A stretch of DNA of 59,119 bases, filler included, from Sphacelaria rigidula (Eukaryota), in NCBI GenBank assembly GCA_964200075.2. It is 8 parts of 8 records of this genome, joined end to end, with 100 filler letters (N's around TTAATTAATTAA, not from the genome) between each part and the next. Parts side by side here need not be neighbours in the genome. Positions count along the whole stretch, not along the records: positions 7,404 to 14,706 come from CAXNAA020015536.1; positions 14,807 to 22,109 come from CAXNAA020015537.1; positions 22,210 to 29,512 come from CAXNAA020015538.1; 5 more parts are not named here. One strand, 5' to 3'. The notes beneath the pieces are model-generated. The model saw only the letters and a list, made by a program, of their open reading frames with translations. It searched no databases and was not told the origin of the DNA. The translations under genes were made by a program, and so were the position numbers. Below are positions 12,276 through 23,599 of this stretch, piece by piece (position 1 is the stretch's first letter; each line of letters starts with the position of its first letter).

Positions 12276-12405
12276 CGGGCAGTGGCGGGGCGCGAGGGGT
12301 GGGCACGAAACAGAACATCTCAGTGCACACGACCGAGTGCGGGTGGATCGCCGAGATCCAAGTACGCCGTTGTTTCGAAGTCATGTTCTCGTAAGTGCGC
12401 CGCAT
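12276..12405 (-). CDS. Putative first exon (targeting peptide) of the HOZ/HugZ-like gene
   Basis: ATG at 12405 or 12384, reading ...MFCFVPTPRAPPLP G|GTACTG. The phase-1 donor fits the next exon, but there is no homology support. Confidence 0.35.
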
Positions 12406-13193
12406 GTTCTTGAACTTGACATGCACCACGAACAGTACCGTGTGTCTCACACGAAGCTACCACAAGGGCAAAGCCCTACTGGATGGCGGAACATAATGGA
12501 AACTACACCTGGAGACGGGGTAAGGGGGTTTCAGTCATTCATATTTTTCATATAGCCGAGGAAGTGCAATTCCCTTTATATCTTCCCAAGTGAAGCCCGA
12601 GGTAGCCAGCGCCGGTGTGTTTCTTCTTTCGCTTGATCGATCACCGATATCTTGGGGTTCCCGGTCATTTCTCTTGCCCCACGTTCTTGAAAAAAAAAAA
12701 AAAACGCAGTTGTTTCATTGCTCAGGACGTTTTCGGAAAGGAGATACGCAAGTTCGCGTACAAGTTCCCGAGTGAAGCTCAAGGTCACCTGGGGTTGGGT
12801 ACTTGTGTTCTGACCCCGTAGAACCGGTTTCTTGAGTTCCCAATCGCCGGCAATGAGCCGGGGTCTCTCAGAAACGGGTGAAACTCAGCGAAGCTTCACC
12901 TTTGAGCGCAAAGGCGAGTCAACTCAAATCTTGGATTCATTTATCAAGTAAAGATAATACCCATTCAGAAGATGACCCACACTGGCAGTGCGATGGTTCA
13001 TGGGCTCAGACAACGACAGCCTTCAGCTTGCTCCAGAAATATGTATGAAATGTTTGGTCTCTTAACTCTTGAAAACGACGGGAGAGAAAAATGCACCACG
13101 TATGATTCCCGTAGGCCTCGTGGACCGGTCTGGAACATACTCTCGCAACAGTTCAACGTTCGCTGCATTTCCTTCGCCGCTTTCAAGGATTAA

Positions 13194-13665
13194 GGCTACT
13201 TCTGATGTATCAGAGAATGACTCTTGTTGAAAAGTGCATTTTTGGCCCTTCTCCGTCGTTTTTCCCCCGAAAAGAGAGCTAGCCGGATGTTGACACCTTG
13301 GAATGACTTGCTCTACTCGCTGAGACGCTTCCAGAGCACCTTTGCGTTTCCCGTAGGTCACAGTTCCGTTCTCGTCCAAAATTGCATTTTCAATAACAAA
13401 CGGCCAAGTTATCAAGAAACAGGGTGTACACTGACGTCTTTTTCGGTGACTTGACTGTTCGTTATTGAAAATGCAAGTTTGACCAAAAAACGAAACTGTG
13501 ACCCACGGAAAACGCAGAGGTGCTCTGTAACGGCCTCGGCGAGTAGAGCAAGTCATTCCAAGGTGTCAGCATCCGCCTAGCCCTCTTTTCGGGGGAAAAA
13601 CGACGGAGAAGGGGCAAAAATGCACTTTACAGCAAGATTCAGTTTTCAATACATGAGCAGTAGCC
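13194..13665. mobile_element. Fold-back MITE, PIF/Harbinger (Tourist)-like
   Basis: A ~470-bp imperfect palindrome, GGCTACT...AGTAGCC, with long complementary arms (e.g. TGCATTTTTGGCCCTTCTCCGTCGTTTTTCCCCCGAAAAGAG and its reverse complement). Flanked by TAA / CAA. Confidence 0.75.
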
Positions 13666-14806
13666 CAAGAGAAATACTAGCTATACGTTCCTGACGACAA
13701 ATCCAAAACAAATCTCAGTGATCAATACCGGTTTCACCGCTGTTGAAGGTTCCCATCCCACTGTACCGGTTGGGGGCTAGAATTGATCAATATAAAAAAG
13801 CGAAGTTCAAAAGTACCCGTCAATTAAAACCTCCGTATTCCTTTCAGGATCAAGGATGTAAGCTTCATCTCCCAAAATCACAAATGGCAGGTGAAAAATG
13901 GCTGCTAACTTCATATGGGGTTTTTCTTCCGCGGACCAACTTGATTGCGAGCCATATTCTTGGCGCATCGAGTAAACGACCGCCGAGATAGGCGCACCGA
14001 CACGTAAGTGCTACACAGGCCCATTGCATGTGGAGTGCGCCGGCTGAAAACTGAGGCCTTGAGCTCTACCATGACTTTCGAGGGCATGAGTTTCGACGTG
14101 TACGAAGAAAAGTGTTTGCTTAACGTTTGTCTTTTTGGAGCTTCCTTCCTCTTTCCTCCCTGAAAACTGACACGTGAAAAACAAAGTTGACCTGTCTACA
14201 CCGGGGTATTCTGTCGCGCCGTGGGCACGTTTCATCGAAGTCGCAGGTTGACGTCGTATCATGAAATCCAGCTCGAAAAGTATGTAAATAGGATTTTAGT
14301 GTAGTGAATATACTTCTCCTGTCTCATAAGTTAGGGGACCTGAATTGGTACGGGCCCTCAACCGTGTCCGATCTGTTTTTCGGTATTCTGGTTGAAATCT
14401 TCGGTGTTCTTCGAGTAAAGACACTTTTTGCGATACCCTCCCCCCGAAACCAGCCCACGAATGCCACGAAAAAATGGAGATATAGCGCCTCATGTTTGGG
14501 TTCAGACGGCATGAAGCGTCTCCTATGGGCGACATTGGCGAGGACGAACCGAAGCGTGGGAATTCCCAGCTGCTAGTTGTAGTCGGCTTCTTCCATTTCG
14601 ATTTACGTGAAGATTACGCCTCCCCGAACCAAGCACTTAGGGGGGCGTTCTCATTTGTTGCTTGCCTTAGTCGTCTGACCATTGACCACGCATCCCTTTC
14701 GAGACGNNNNNNNNNNNNNNNNNNNNNNNNNNNNNNNNNNNNNNNNNNNNTTAATTAATTAANNNNNNNNNNNNNNNNNNNNNNNNNNNNNNNNNNNNNN
14801 NNNNNN

Positions 14807-16200
14807 CCCCTGCTGTTCAACACCTTCTTCGCGGCAGTGCTCGAGATTGTCCTCGAGCGATTCAGCGAGGATGATATCATCATCAAGGACATGGTATATC
14901 TCGACGAGGAGACGGAGAGGGGAGCGGAGACACCCCTGGAACGTGTACGGAGAGCGGTGTGGGAAACGCTGTATGCCGACGATGCCGGCGCCATCCCGAG
15001 ATCTCCCGACGGACTGGCGAGGATGATGACCATCATAGTGGACGTGTTTGGGGCTTTTGAACTGATCTTATCGGAGAAGAAGACGGAGACTCTCTTGATG
15101 CGAGTGCCGAGGCAAGCACCGGAGAAGGAGGAGTCACCAACACCATCTCTCCGACCGCTGATCATCGAAGGAGCGGTTCAGAAATACGCCCAGAAAAGTA
15201 GTTTCCGATACTTGGGCGGGCTCGTCAGCGAAGAGGGCGAACTCAAGCAAGAAATCAATAATCGGAGCAGAGCAGCATGGGCGTGTATTAGGAAGTTCTC
15301 CCGGGAGCTCTTTGACCGACCGAAAGCACCATGGAGACTCAAGGTCCGACTGCTGAAAACGGAGGCGATGGAGACCTTGCTATACGGATGCATGACGTCG
15401 GCCCCACACCGCGAACACTACGACTTGCTTCGTAAGGTGCACTACCGGCTCCTCCTGCGCGTCATCGGGTACCGCCGAGTGCGCGGCACATAGCGACAGC
15501 TGTCGTATGCACAGGTCCTCAAAAATGCCGGATGCCAAAGTGCCGAAGCCATCGTCCGGCAACGACGACTGCTGCTCGCGGAAGTCCTGGCTAGACAACC
15601 GGACGGGCGATTACTGACGCGAATAGCGTATGGAACACTAGTCGGGGGGGAGGATCCAGGACCAGGGTGCCCGGAACAAAACTGGCTGAAGTGCCTGAGA
15701 GACGATCTCCACGCTCTCAGCCCACAGATGGCTCTACGGACGACAACCGCCAGACATTCGGAATTGACCGCGTCCTATGGGCCTCAGCAGCGAATGAGGA
15801 GAGGGGGTTGCCGTGGCACGCGGGCCACATCCTACGATAGCCCCCCCCCCCAAAACGTGCATGGTTTTGAAGGGCAAAATTTTCACATAAATCAATACGG
15901 GAGAAGCCGAGCACAACAAGCACCTGAGAACTCCCACCCTTGGGTTCGTTTCAGCCAATGTCGCCAATATGAGGCGTTTCATGCGGCCTGAACCCCAGCA
16001 TCAGGCGCCGTATGACCATTATTTTTGTGACACTTTGGGGCTGGTATTGGGTTGGGCTATCGTAGAAAGTGTCGCGGGAGTACTGCAGAGAGCGGAGAGG
16101 TTCATGAGTTCATGGCACAGAAATGAAGAGGAGGCCAGCCGACTGCGTGCGAATAGGCGGGAGACCAACGGAGTCCACATAGCACAGCAACGACGACGAT
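14807..16200 (+). mobile_element. Non-LTR retrotransposon (LINE, RTE-like) reverse transcriptase and C-terminal region, 5'-truncated by the contig end, pseudogenised
   Basis: PLLFNTFF...LYADDAG...KKTETL...FRYLG...EINNR...LLYGC motifs. In-frame stop at 15491, then RQRRL..GRL..WLKCLRDDL. Interrupted by a MITE at 15825-16072. Confidence 0.92.
15825..16072. mobile_element. MITE inserted in the LINE; related sequence at ~14440-14630 and ~44190-44250
   Basis: TIR CACATCCTACGATAGCCC / GGGCTATCGTAGAAAGTG. CGCGGG is duplicated at 15819-15824 and 16073-16078. Removing the insert restores the LINE frame (WHAGVLQRAERF). Confidence 0.7.
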
Positions 16201-16767
16201 CCAGAGAAGGGGGCGTACTCATTTGCCGCTTGCCTTGGTCATTTGACCATTGACCACGCATCCCTTTCGAGACGGAGCAGGGGGGGGTGGAGGGTGAAGC
16301 CCCAGATGAGGGGCATCATTATGTCCGACAGTGCTTGTCTTGGTACACCTGGTATGCTTGTACGTATGGCTGTCCCTTGAGACGTCGAAAGATCGAACCT
16401 TGCGATTCTTAGTTTTTGGTTGGCGGTATTTGGGGCCTTGAGCCTCGCCCGTAGTCGGACCTCATGTTCATTTTTACTTAGCGTCGCGCATCGAGTTGAA
16501 TAGCCGGGTGCCACCCCCTGAAGTCCGAATGGCCACCTTTTGTACCGGATCTTCTGAGGGTCGCCATATGTATTCTCTTTCTTTCTTTTTCTTTATCTTT
16601 TTTTGCTTGTATCGCGTTTTGTGAGTTCTATTCTAGGTATATATATATATATGTTTGATTTCCTCATCCCTTATTTAAGGTAGCTAGCTTGTGACCACGG
16701 ATGGCATCCGCATCAGATGCCCAGTACGAATGTACCGCGTAGATACCGGAACGCTTTTTAATGTGAA

Positions 16768-16768
16768 G

Positions 16769-16831
<63 letters not shown>
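16768..16831 (+). repeat. (CAA)n microsatellite
   Basis: About 20 uninterrupted ACA/CAA units. Confidence 0.95.
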
Positions 16832-18913
16832 CGCCACTCGCCAACGTCCTGCCGACAGGAACCCCAACGGCGTGTATCAGAGGGAACAAAAAATATCCGC
16901 ATCCTAGAATTCACCTCACTGAAACACCGGCGACAACGTGTGCCGGCAAACAAAGGAGTACCATGGTTCTGTCGATCCACGGTCTCCTCCGGTCCGCTAC
17001 ACGTATTGCGCTTGGACCGCGCCTGCGACTTGAACAAAAAGGATGATTTCCCTCAGAATCGCGTGCTCAAGATCCCCTCCGTGTCCGCCTGAACAGAATA
17101 AAGGGGAACGAACAGCCCACCGCACGGGCGCAGGCCTTACTTATCATATATCACACTTCTGCCTGGCCCTGCCATCGGACACCCTTCTCTGCGCTACTTC
17201 CTCCGTCAAAAGCATCGGGCAGGTGGTCAGAACGGATGTTCAGAGACAAAAAAGTCTCCGCACTGCCACGAGACAACCCAACCCTCGGTAAAACCTCTGT
17301 GAGGAAAAAACCCGATTCCCAGGGGAACTCCTCGACAGTGGCGCCATGCGCCGCCCATACCATGATTCTCACCACGTACAGGGGGTGGTGGGAGGGCAAA
17401 TGAAAACCTTCAGAAAACACTCGGGACGCACGAGCTATGGCAGTGATTCGAGAAGTTGTAGCTCGCGGATAGTCGCGATGCCCGTATCCCGTAACTCACA
17501 CACCTCGGGCTCCACACCCCACCACTGTCGCTTAGCCGCGCTTGTACTTGCCCTTGTATCTCGGCTGCTTCCTACACACTGAGGCTGTCATTTGACACAC
17601 GCACACGATCACATCACATCCGTTCCGAAAATGGCGTCAAGATACTTTAACCGCAATCCAGATCTGGAAAATTTCTCTCCGCTTCTGCACAAAAGCTCGA
17701 TTACTTTCAAACATAGAATCGAACATTATTTGCAGTTGCCTTCGAATTTTGTCACATTATGCACTCCCGCCCCTTCCCCGCCCGGCGTCGGGGGGGTATG
17801 GGGGGGTAAGGAAAACCTCATGAATCACCCATTCATAAACAGTGTGACTGCTCACGTATCCGATCGTTGGCTCCCACCTGGACATTGCACTGAGCGCAAT
17901 CGCACCAGTCTCCACTCGAACCACGCCGACGTGCGGATACCCTTCCAGCCCCAACGTTTTCCAAGCCCCGCAATGCAATCCGCCCGTAGGGTCATGTCCC
18001 TTCTGTGCACATGTGACCAACTATTCCACCTCAGTTCTCATCTCTCTCAAGTAACGTAATCACACCACTCCTCCTTGATCCAGCTTGTCTATTACCGCAT
18101 GTTAATTTCACTTTTCCTCGCCACTTCTGACGATCCCATCTAAACTACTCATCCGTCTGCAGACACACCACGCACGTTGGCGACATGAGTCGCCCTCCCC
18201 GAGTACTGCCACTACTCACCCCTCCACTCGGTGTCCCGCCCAGGCTGCCGATCCCCGCTTCTACGCTCGTCAGCAAGGATCTCGGACACTAGGCCGCAAC
18301 TGATGTCGTTAGCCAGGACGTATGACTTGTATACGTCCGATTTCCTTCTACTCTCTTTTTGCAACACCTCTGCAGACACTCCTGCTGACGACAAGTGGGT
18401 GGCGCAACCAATCCACAAAGAGTGCAATGCGAACTCTGCGAACGGGAGTCCAGCCAACGCCACCACTTGCCGTAGCACTGCCACCGCATCATACCGATTC
18501 CACACCATTGATTCCCCAGAGTCCCGCACACCATACGGCATACGCCGGGCCTCAGCGGGACACGAATCGGAAAGAGACATTATTTCAGTCACAAGCGCGA
18601 CTGCTCCCCCCCCTACTTGGAATGCCAACGCAGGACCCTCGAGAACGCGAGTTAGTAGGCTTTCCGACTCGTAACTGGTCTCCTTTGAAAGCTCGGAAGC
18701 GTACTTTCACCAGGTCTGCCGTACCCCATTTAGGTCGACGCAACTGCGTCCGTCCCTTAAAGAAAGCCACAACCCTCCTACGCAAACAGTAAAGTAGATG
18801 ATAAGAATGAACAGAATCCGCAAACATCCCGGAAGACCTCGTCAGGAAGAAAAAGGAGGCACACAAGCCCAGCAACAGCACGCGGCCACCTGGACCCCAT
18901 CCGAGCGACAGAC

Positions 18914-19118
18914 TGTAATGCGTGAGAGGACCGCGTGCTTAGAGGACCAAAATGTAGTTCAAAACACCTCAGGGTCGACGTTTCTCAAAACCAGTCGGTC
19001 CAGTCCCTGCAGGGACCACGCCCCGGAACCTAACCCCAACACTAGCCCTAACCCTAACCAAAGGGATGTTCAAATTCCGATGTGGTCCTATAAGGACGCG
19101 GTCCTCTCACGCATTACA
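18914..19118. mobile_element. Ginger/TDD-like MITE (TGT...ACA ends) inserted in the YR gene
   Basis: Perfect 23-bp TIR TGTAATGCGTGAGAGGACCGCGT and 4-bp TSD AGAC. Internal CCTAACCC repeats. Confidence 0.8.
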
Positions 19119-19744
19119 AGACGTTCCCCGTCCATAAGGACTGGCAACGCCACCGGACGTCTAACTCGCTGCTGTAATCCCATCACAGCGTGACTACGCT
19201 TCACTCCCATCAACGCGTTTTTAATTAACGAGTGCTGCATGTCCAAGTCGACAGCCCTCTTTGTTCGATGGAAACATGCCACTGCAGCTAAATGACTTGC
19301 CACGGTGTTCGACCGTAACCCTTTCTTTGCACACGTATAACCTATGTACTAAATCTATGACCACACGTGATGTATCGCCTCATCACGGCCATTCACAAAA
19401 TCGACTCGGTTCATCTCCCGCCGGGACTTGAACCAGGAACCAAACTATCCCTCGTAAGTTCTCGCAGACGACGACACAGTGGCGTTTTGGACGAGCCCGG
19501 GCCCAAAATGCATGAACACAGATGCCTCCCCTCCTTCCCGATGTCCTGCATATTCCAATGAACATCGGGACGGCGGGAGGAGAGATTAGCGGAGATACGA
19601 TTGATTGGTTATCGCGAAATACCATCAGCAACATCATTCAGGATCTCCGGCACGTGCTTCGCCTCAAACACCCATCCCGACGCTATTTCTAACACGCCAA
19701 GCATACGCATCAGCGCGCCCGACAGCGGCTCCTTCCCCTCTCTA

Positions 19745-20228
19745 CACTTAGCCTGATCCGGCGAGAACCCGGCGTGCTCCATCCCGGCTTTGTAGGGGCG
19801 GACCCCAATGGGCTTGGCGTCGGTTGGCGATGAAGCTATAAAACACGCCACTTACTACGGAAGCTAGGTAACCAGATCACTGTTTTGTTTTGCGCGCTTG
19901 GGTTTTTGTTGCGGTAACCATGATGGTAGTCGAGCTAGATCATGTTGCGCGGCGTGGGAGCTCCTCATTCCCGCACGTAATAGGGATGATCGTACCACAT
20001 AGTGTTTAAATAGTGAGGCACCCATGAGGCAGCGTATAAGCCGTGGCTGTCTCTGGAAGTGGCGATACCAGACAATGAAGCAACTCANNNNNNNNNNCTC
20101 GCCGAACAAACCACGGCGCTTCGCGCTTGGTGATTGAGTGCGAGACTGCTCCGGCGAAAACCCGGCGTGCTCCGTCCCGGCTTTCTAGGGATGCGAGGTC
20201 AACGTTCGGATGACTATGGCCTGCATGA
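19745..20228 (-). mobile_element. ~500-bp non-coding element with ~50-bp direct repeats near both ends; full copy at ~49400-49932 (+), ends at 22058-22109 and 44417-44441
   Basis: The reverse complement aligns with 49400-49932. CCCTACAAAGCCGGGACGGAGCACGCCGGGTT.CGCCG is present near both ends. Confidence 0.7.
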
Positions 20229-21362
20229 TTAGGAGTACACCCCCCTTTTGTACCTATTTACCCACGTCACCGCGGCAGAATTGTCTCCATCTAACAGCAC
20301 GCAATCAGCGCGATGTCGTGGTCGTCTCTCACCAAGAACAAACACCACACACGCCGACATGACCATACCCAACCATTCCAGGACATTGATGGAGATGTCC
20401 TCTTCCGAGTGCACCGTATCACCTCTAAACTGAGGACGTTCTTCGTCGGACAAGTCATACCGCCACCACAGGCCCGACTGCAGGCAATATACGCCAACCG
20501 CAGCACCCGATGCGTCCAAAAACAAGGACAGCGTACCACAACACCAATCGGTACACCGTGGACGATAATACTGCTCCATCCCGCGATAAACCGTCACTAA
20601 CCAGCCAACGCCACTCGTCTCAATCCTCGTGACTCCGGCTCAAAACCACCACTCGCGACTTCGTCGCCGCCCTCCTTCGAAAATCATTCCCCGTCACCAC
20701 ACTGGACGAGGAGGGGTGGCGCACCCCCACCTTTGCGAGCATGCGGTGTACAAAACCTTCCCCGGACGCAAAACGTAGGAGACGTGTAGCAGGAAACCGG
20801 TCAACGACGAAATGTCTCGCACTGTTGCACACTTGCGATCTCGAGGCCATTGCAACACCAGCTTTTGCAATTGTGTGGTGTTTGCCTCTGACAGCGAGAT
20901 CGACAGGTGGTCAATACCGATCACCCAGCCCAGCACTTCCTATCGGGTGTCCCACGCCGATATCATGTTGGCGTCTAACAACGGGGGGTCATCCGCCCCC
21001 CTCTCACCCAGTAAGCGATGATGATCTGATATCAAGGACCTCGACGCGCACAAACATCGCCCGCCGTCAGGAAAATGTTGAACTTCCACCAATATACTGT
21101 CGTCAACGTAAATGCACATTAAAAAGGGGTCGCGCACCCCGCCACCAACTCCCAGAACGGTCTTGCAGTCCGGGGGCAGAGTTGCAACGCGCTCCTGTCG
21201 GCGTGATGCCATCTTGATAGACTGAGCATCACGACGGCCGATATGCGTTACCGTGTGTGTGAAACATGATGTGTTGTTGTGCGCGTGTTCCAAGGCCGCC
21301 GCTAGCAATTCCCAAAAGCCGGGACTGCTGCGCCGATCGAATTCCAGACGCAGATCAACGAC

Positions 21363-21495
21363 TTGATCGTAATTAAATATTTTTACTTATTTTGAATGAA
21401 CAATTTTTAGTAAATTTCCAGACTTTCCCGGTACGTTCCCTTTCAAACTTAGAAGATTTTGCTTATAATCATTGCCTAAAACTTCTAATTTAGAA
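21363..21495 (-). pseudogene. rpl3: Plastid-derived fragment (NUPT): 3' end of ribosomal protein L3 plus downstream spacer
   Basis: Abruptly AT-rich. Encodes SKLEVLGNDYKQNLLSLKGNVPGKSGNLLKIVHSK*, matching the L3 C-terminal motif NLL.(L/V)KG.VPG..G. Splits the RT sequence AYFGYVFGD | VVDLRLEF. Confidence 0.8.
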
Positions 21496-21716
21496 ATCAC
21501 CAAACACGTACCCGAAATAAGCTGACGTGCTGGGTCCACCAACACTTGGCGAAATGCCTCCTTGATATTGAGTTTACTCAGCACAGTGCGGGCCGCAGGG
21601 TGCTCTACTAGAACTTCTCTATTCTCCTTTGAACTACCAACCACTTTGTCGTTTTGCCCTCTTAGTGTGGCTATCTCCCTGTCTGTCTTTTCTGCCTGTT
21701 AGTCCACTAAACCTGT

Positions 21717-21921
21717 TGTAATGCGTGAGAGGACCGCGTGCTTAGAGGACCGCGCCGTAGTTGCAAAACACCTCAGGATCGACGTTTTTCAAGACCAATC
21801 GGGCCAGTCCCTGCAAGTACCACGCCCCTGACTATAACCCTAACACTAACCCTGGCCCTGACCCTATCCATAGAGATGTCCGATGCGGTCCTCTAAGCAG
21901 GCGGTCCTCTCATGCGTTACA
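21717..21921. mobile_element. Second copy of the Ginger/TDD-like MITE
   Basis: Same TIR, 5-bp TSD CCTGT (21712-21716 and 21922-21926), and colinear with 18914-19118. Confidence 0.8.
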
Positions 21922-22856
21922 CCTGTTATCCCTACCTCCATCTGCTTTACCCCGTCATCGAAATCTTAACTTGTTTTATCCTCTACATCGTCCCATCTTT
22001 CCTAATTCGTTTTCTCCACCATCTTGTTTTCATTACAGTGGGTGTACTCATGATCATGCATGCCATAGTCATCAGACCATTGACCTCGTATCCCTACAAT
22101 GCCGGGACGNNNNNNNNNNNNNNNNNNNNNNNNNNNNNNNNNNNNNNNNNNNNTTAATTAATTAANNNNNNNNNNNNNNNNNNNNNNNNNNNNNNNNNNN
22201 NNNNNNNNNTCGTCAGTCGTGTCGGGGGTGGAGTGAGGGGGGGGGGGGGGGGGGGGGGGGGGGGTGGAGGTCAACAACTGATCTCGTTCCGGTCTATGTT
22301 GTTTGCACAAAGTAAGGTTTGTCTAAATTATGACCGAACTGTATGTCTACAAGATGGGCTGATGTGATGAGCACAGTTTTCATCCGGGTAAGTAGATTGG
22401 AACATAGTTGGTACAAACAGTGATTGTGGGTGAGAGGGGTGTTATCAGAGGATAGTGGAGTATGACTACAGTACTGCATTGGACAGGTTTTGACAGTTTC
22501 TACAATACAGGTTTGGCACAGATTGTGTTGATGTTGACACAGAAGGGGTTGATGCAGGAGAGTTATACAGACTGTGTTGATGTGGATGCGAGAGGGTAAA
22601 GAGTCTGGAACCTATCCCTTAGCCAGGAGTGTCTGGTTGGGTGTTTATGGACGGTTGGAGGGCGAATAGGGCAACGAGGAGCTGTCAAAATAGCAGATAA
22701 AATGTGACGACCAGGTGCGGAGCAACTTCTCGCGATGTTTTGGAGTGGGCCGTGCAGCGTTTGGCACGCCCCATCCTCGTTCAGTTATCACCATCCCCTC
22801 AGCCACAGGGCTTTGGTTTTCTGCCAAAATACTATAATGGTGCATGAAAAAAGACT

Positions 22857-23599
22857 TGTGACACTCTAGACGACTCAAGTCAAGTCTTGGCCACTTTCCT
22901 GCAGCAACTACACCCTTTCACAAAGAGACTTTCCTTGCTACCACAGCAGCAGCTCGCCTCAGCATCGAGTGCCAGTCCCACAACAGCAGCACACACACAA
23001 GAAACTACACGCGAGAAGAAGGAACATCCGTGTCGCAGGAGTGAAATTCAGGCGCCTCAGAGAAGGCCTTTTTCTGTGATCGCGGGTCGTGTTCATACCG
23101 AAATCACAGTCAGTCGTTCAGGTACACACCAAGGGTGGCACCAGCTTAAGCGCAACCTGTTGCTGTTCATGCTCGCTCACCAAGCAGAGCGCACCCAATG
23201 GTCTAATCACCTCTACACCTGTGCATACTGATCTCCTCTACACCCGCAATCCCTTCTTCGGCGCAGATCAGACTAGAGGCTGCATCGGCATGACCCTGAA
23301 CTTTGCAGTCAGGTCAAAATCCACTCCAATTGGACTAAAACAGTAATTGATTCCACCTCTGCAGTGGACAGGACGAGACGGGGTTCAACTGCTACTCGTG
23401 CTACACACAGAGGAAATAGAGAGTACAGTACAGATGCAACCATGTGCAACGAAAGATCTACCAAATCGATCTTGATATACATGGCTATTGCTGTGGAGAT
23501 GCCGCGGCGTGACGTAGAGAGCACGGTACACATAGACAACGGTACAGACACTATAAGTACAGTGGAGTCAGCTCATGAGAGTAGACCGTAGTGTCAACA
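22857..23599. mobile_element. Possible solo LTR
   Basis: Starts TGTGACACT and ends AGTGTCAACA (an imperfect inverted pair). Non-coding. TSD only partial (AGACT/AGAAT). Confidence 0.3.

Larger units (their letters stand above)
18212..21650 (-). mobile_element. Tyrosine-recombinase retrotransposon (DIRS/Ngaro-type), degenerate: RT - RNase H - tyrosine recombinase
   Basis: RT motifs SKLNIKEAFRQVLVDP, VVDLRLEF..RSSPGFW and IYVDDSIL. RNase H motifs LFLDASG, INVLE and DNSAAVTWVN. YR motifs TVASHLAAV..FH, FFFLTRSS, FALHSLWIGCATHL and R.KSDVYKSY. Multiple frameshifts and insertions. Confidence 0.9.

Noticed and set aside
16664-17092. Poly-Cys, poly-Val and poly-Thr ORFs
   Set aside because: These are translations of a (CAA)n microsatellite. 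The HTHT/CVCV ORFs at 27.6, 33.8 and 48.9 kb are likewise dinucleotide repeats.
21387-21644. A genuine RT-ribosomal protein L3 fusion gene
   Set aside because: It is a chance in-frame read-through from a frameshifted dead RT into a short organellar insert.
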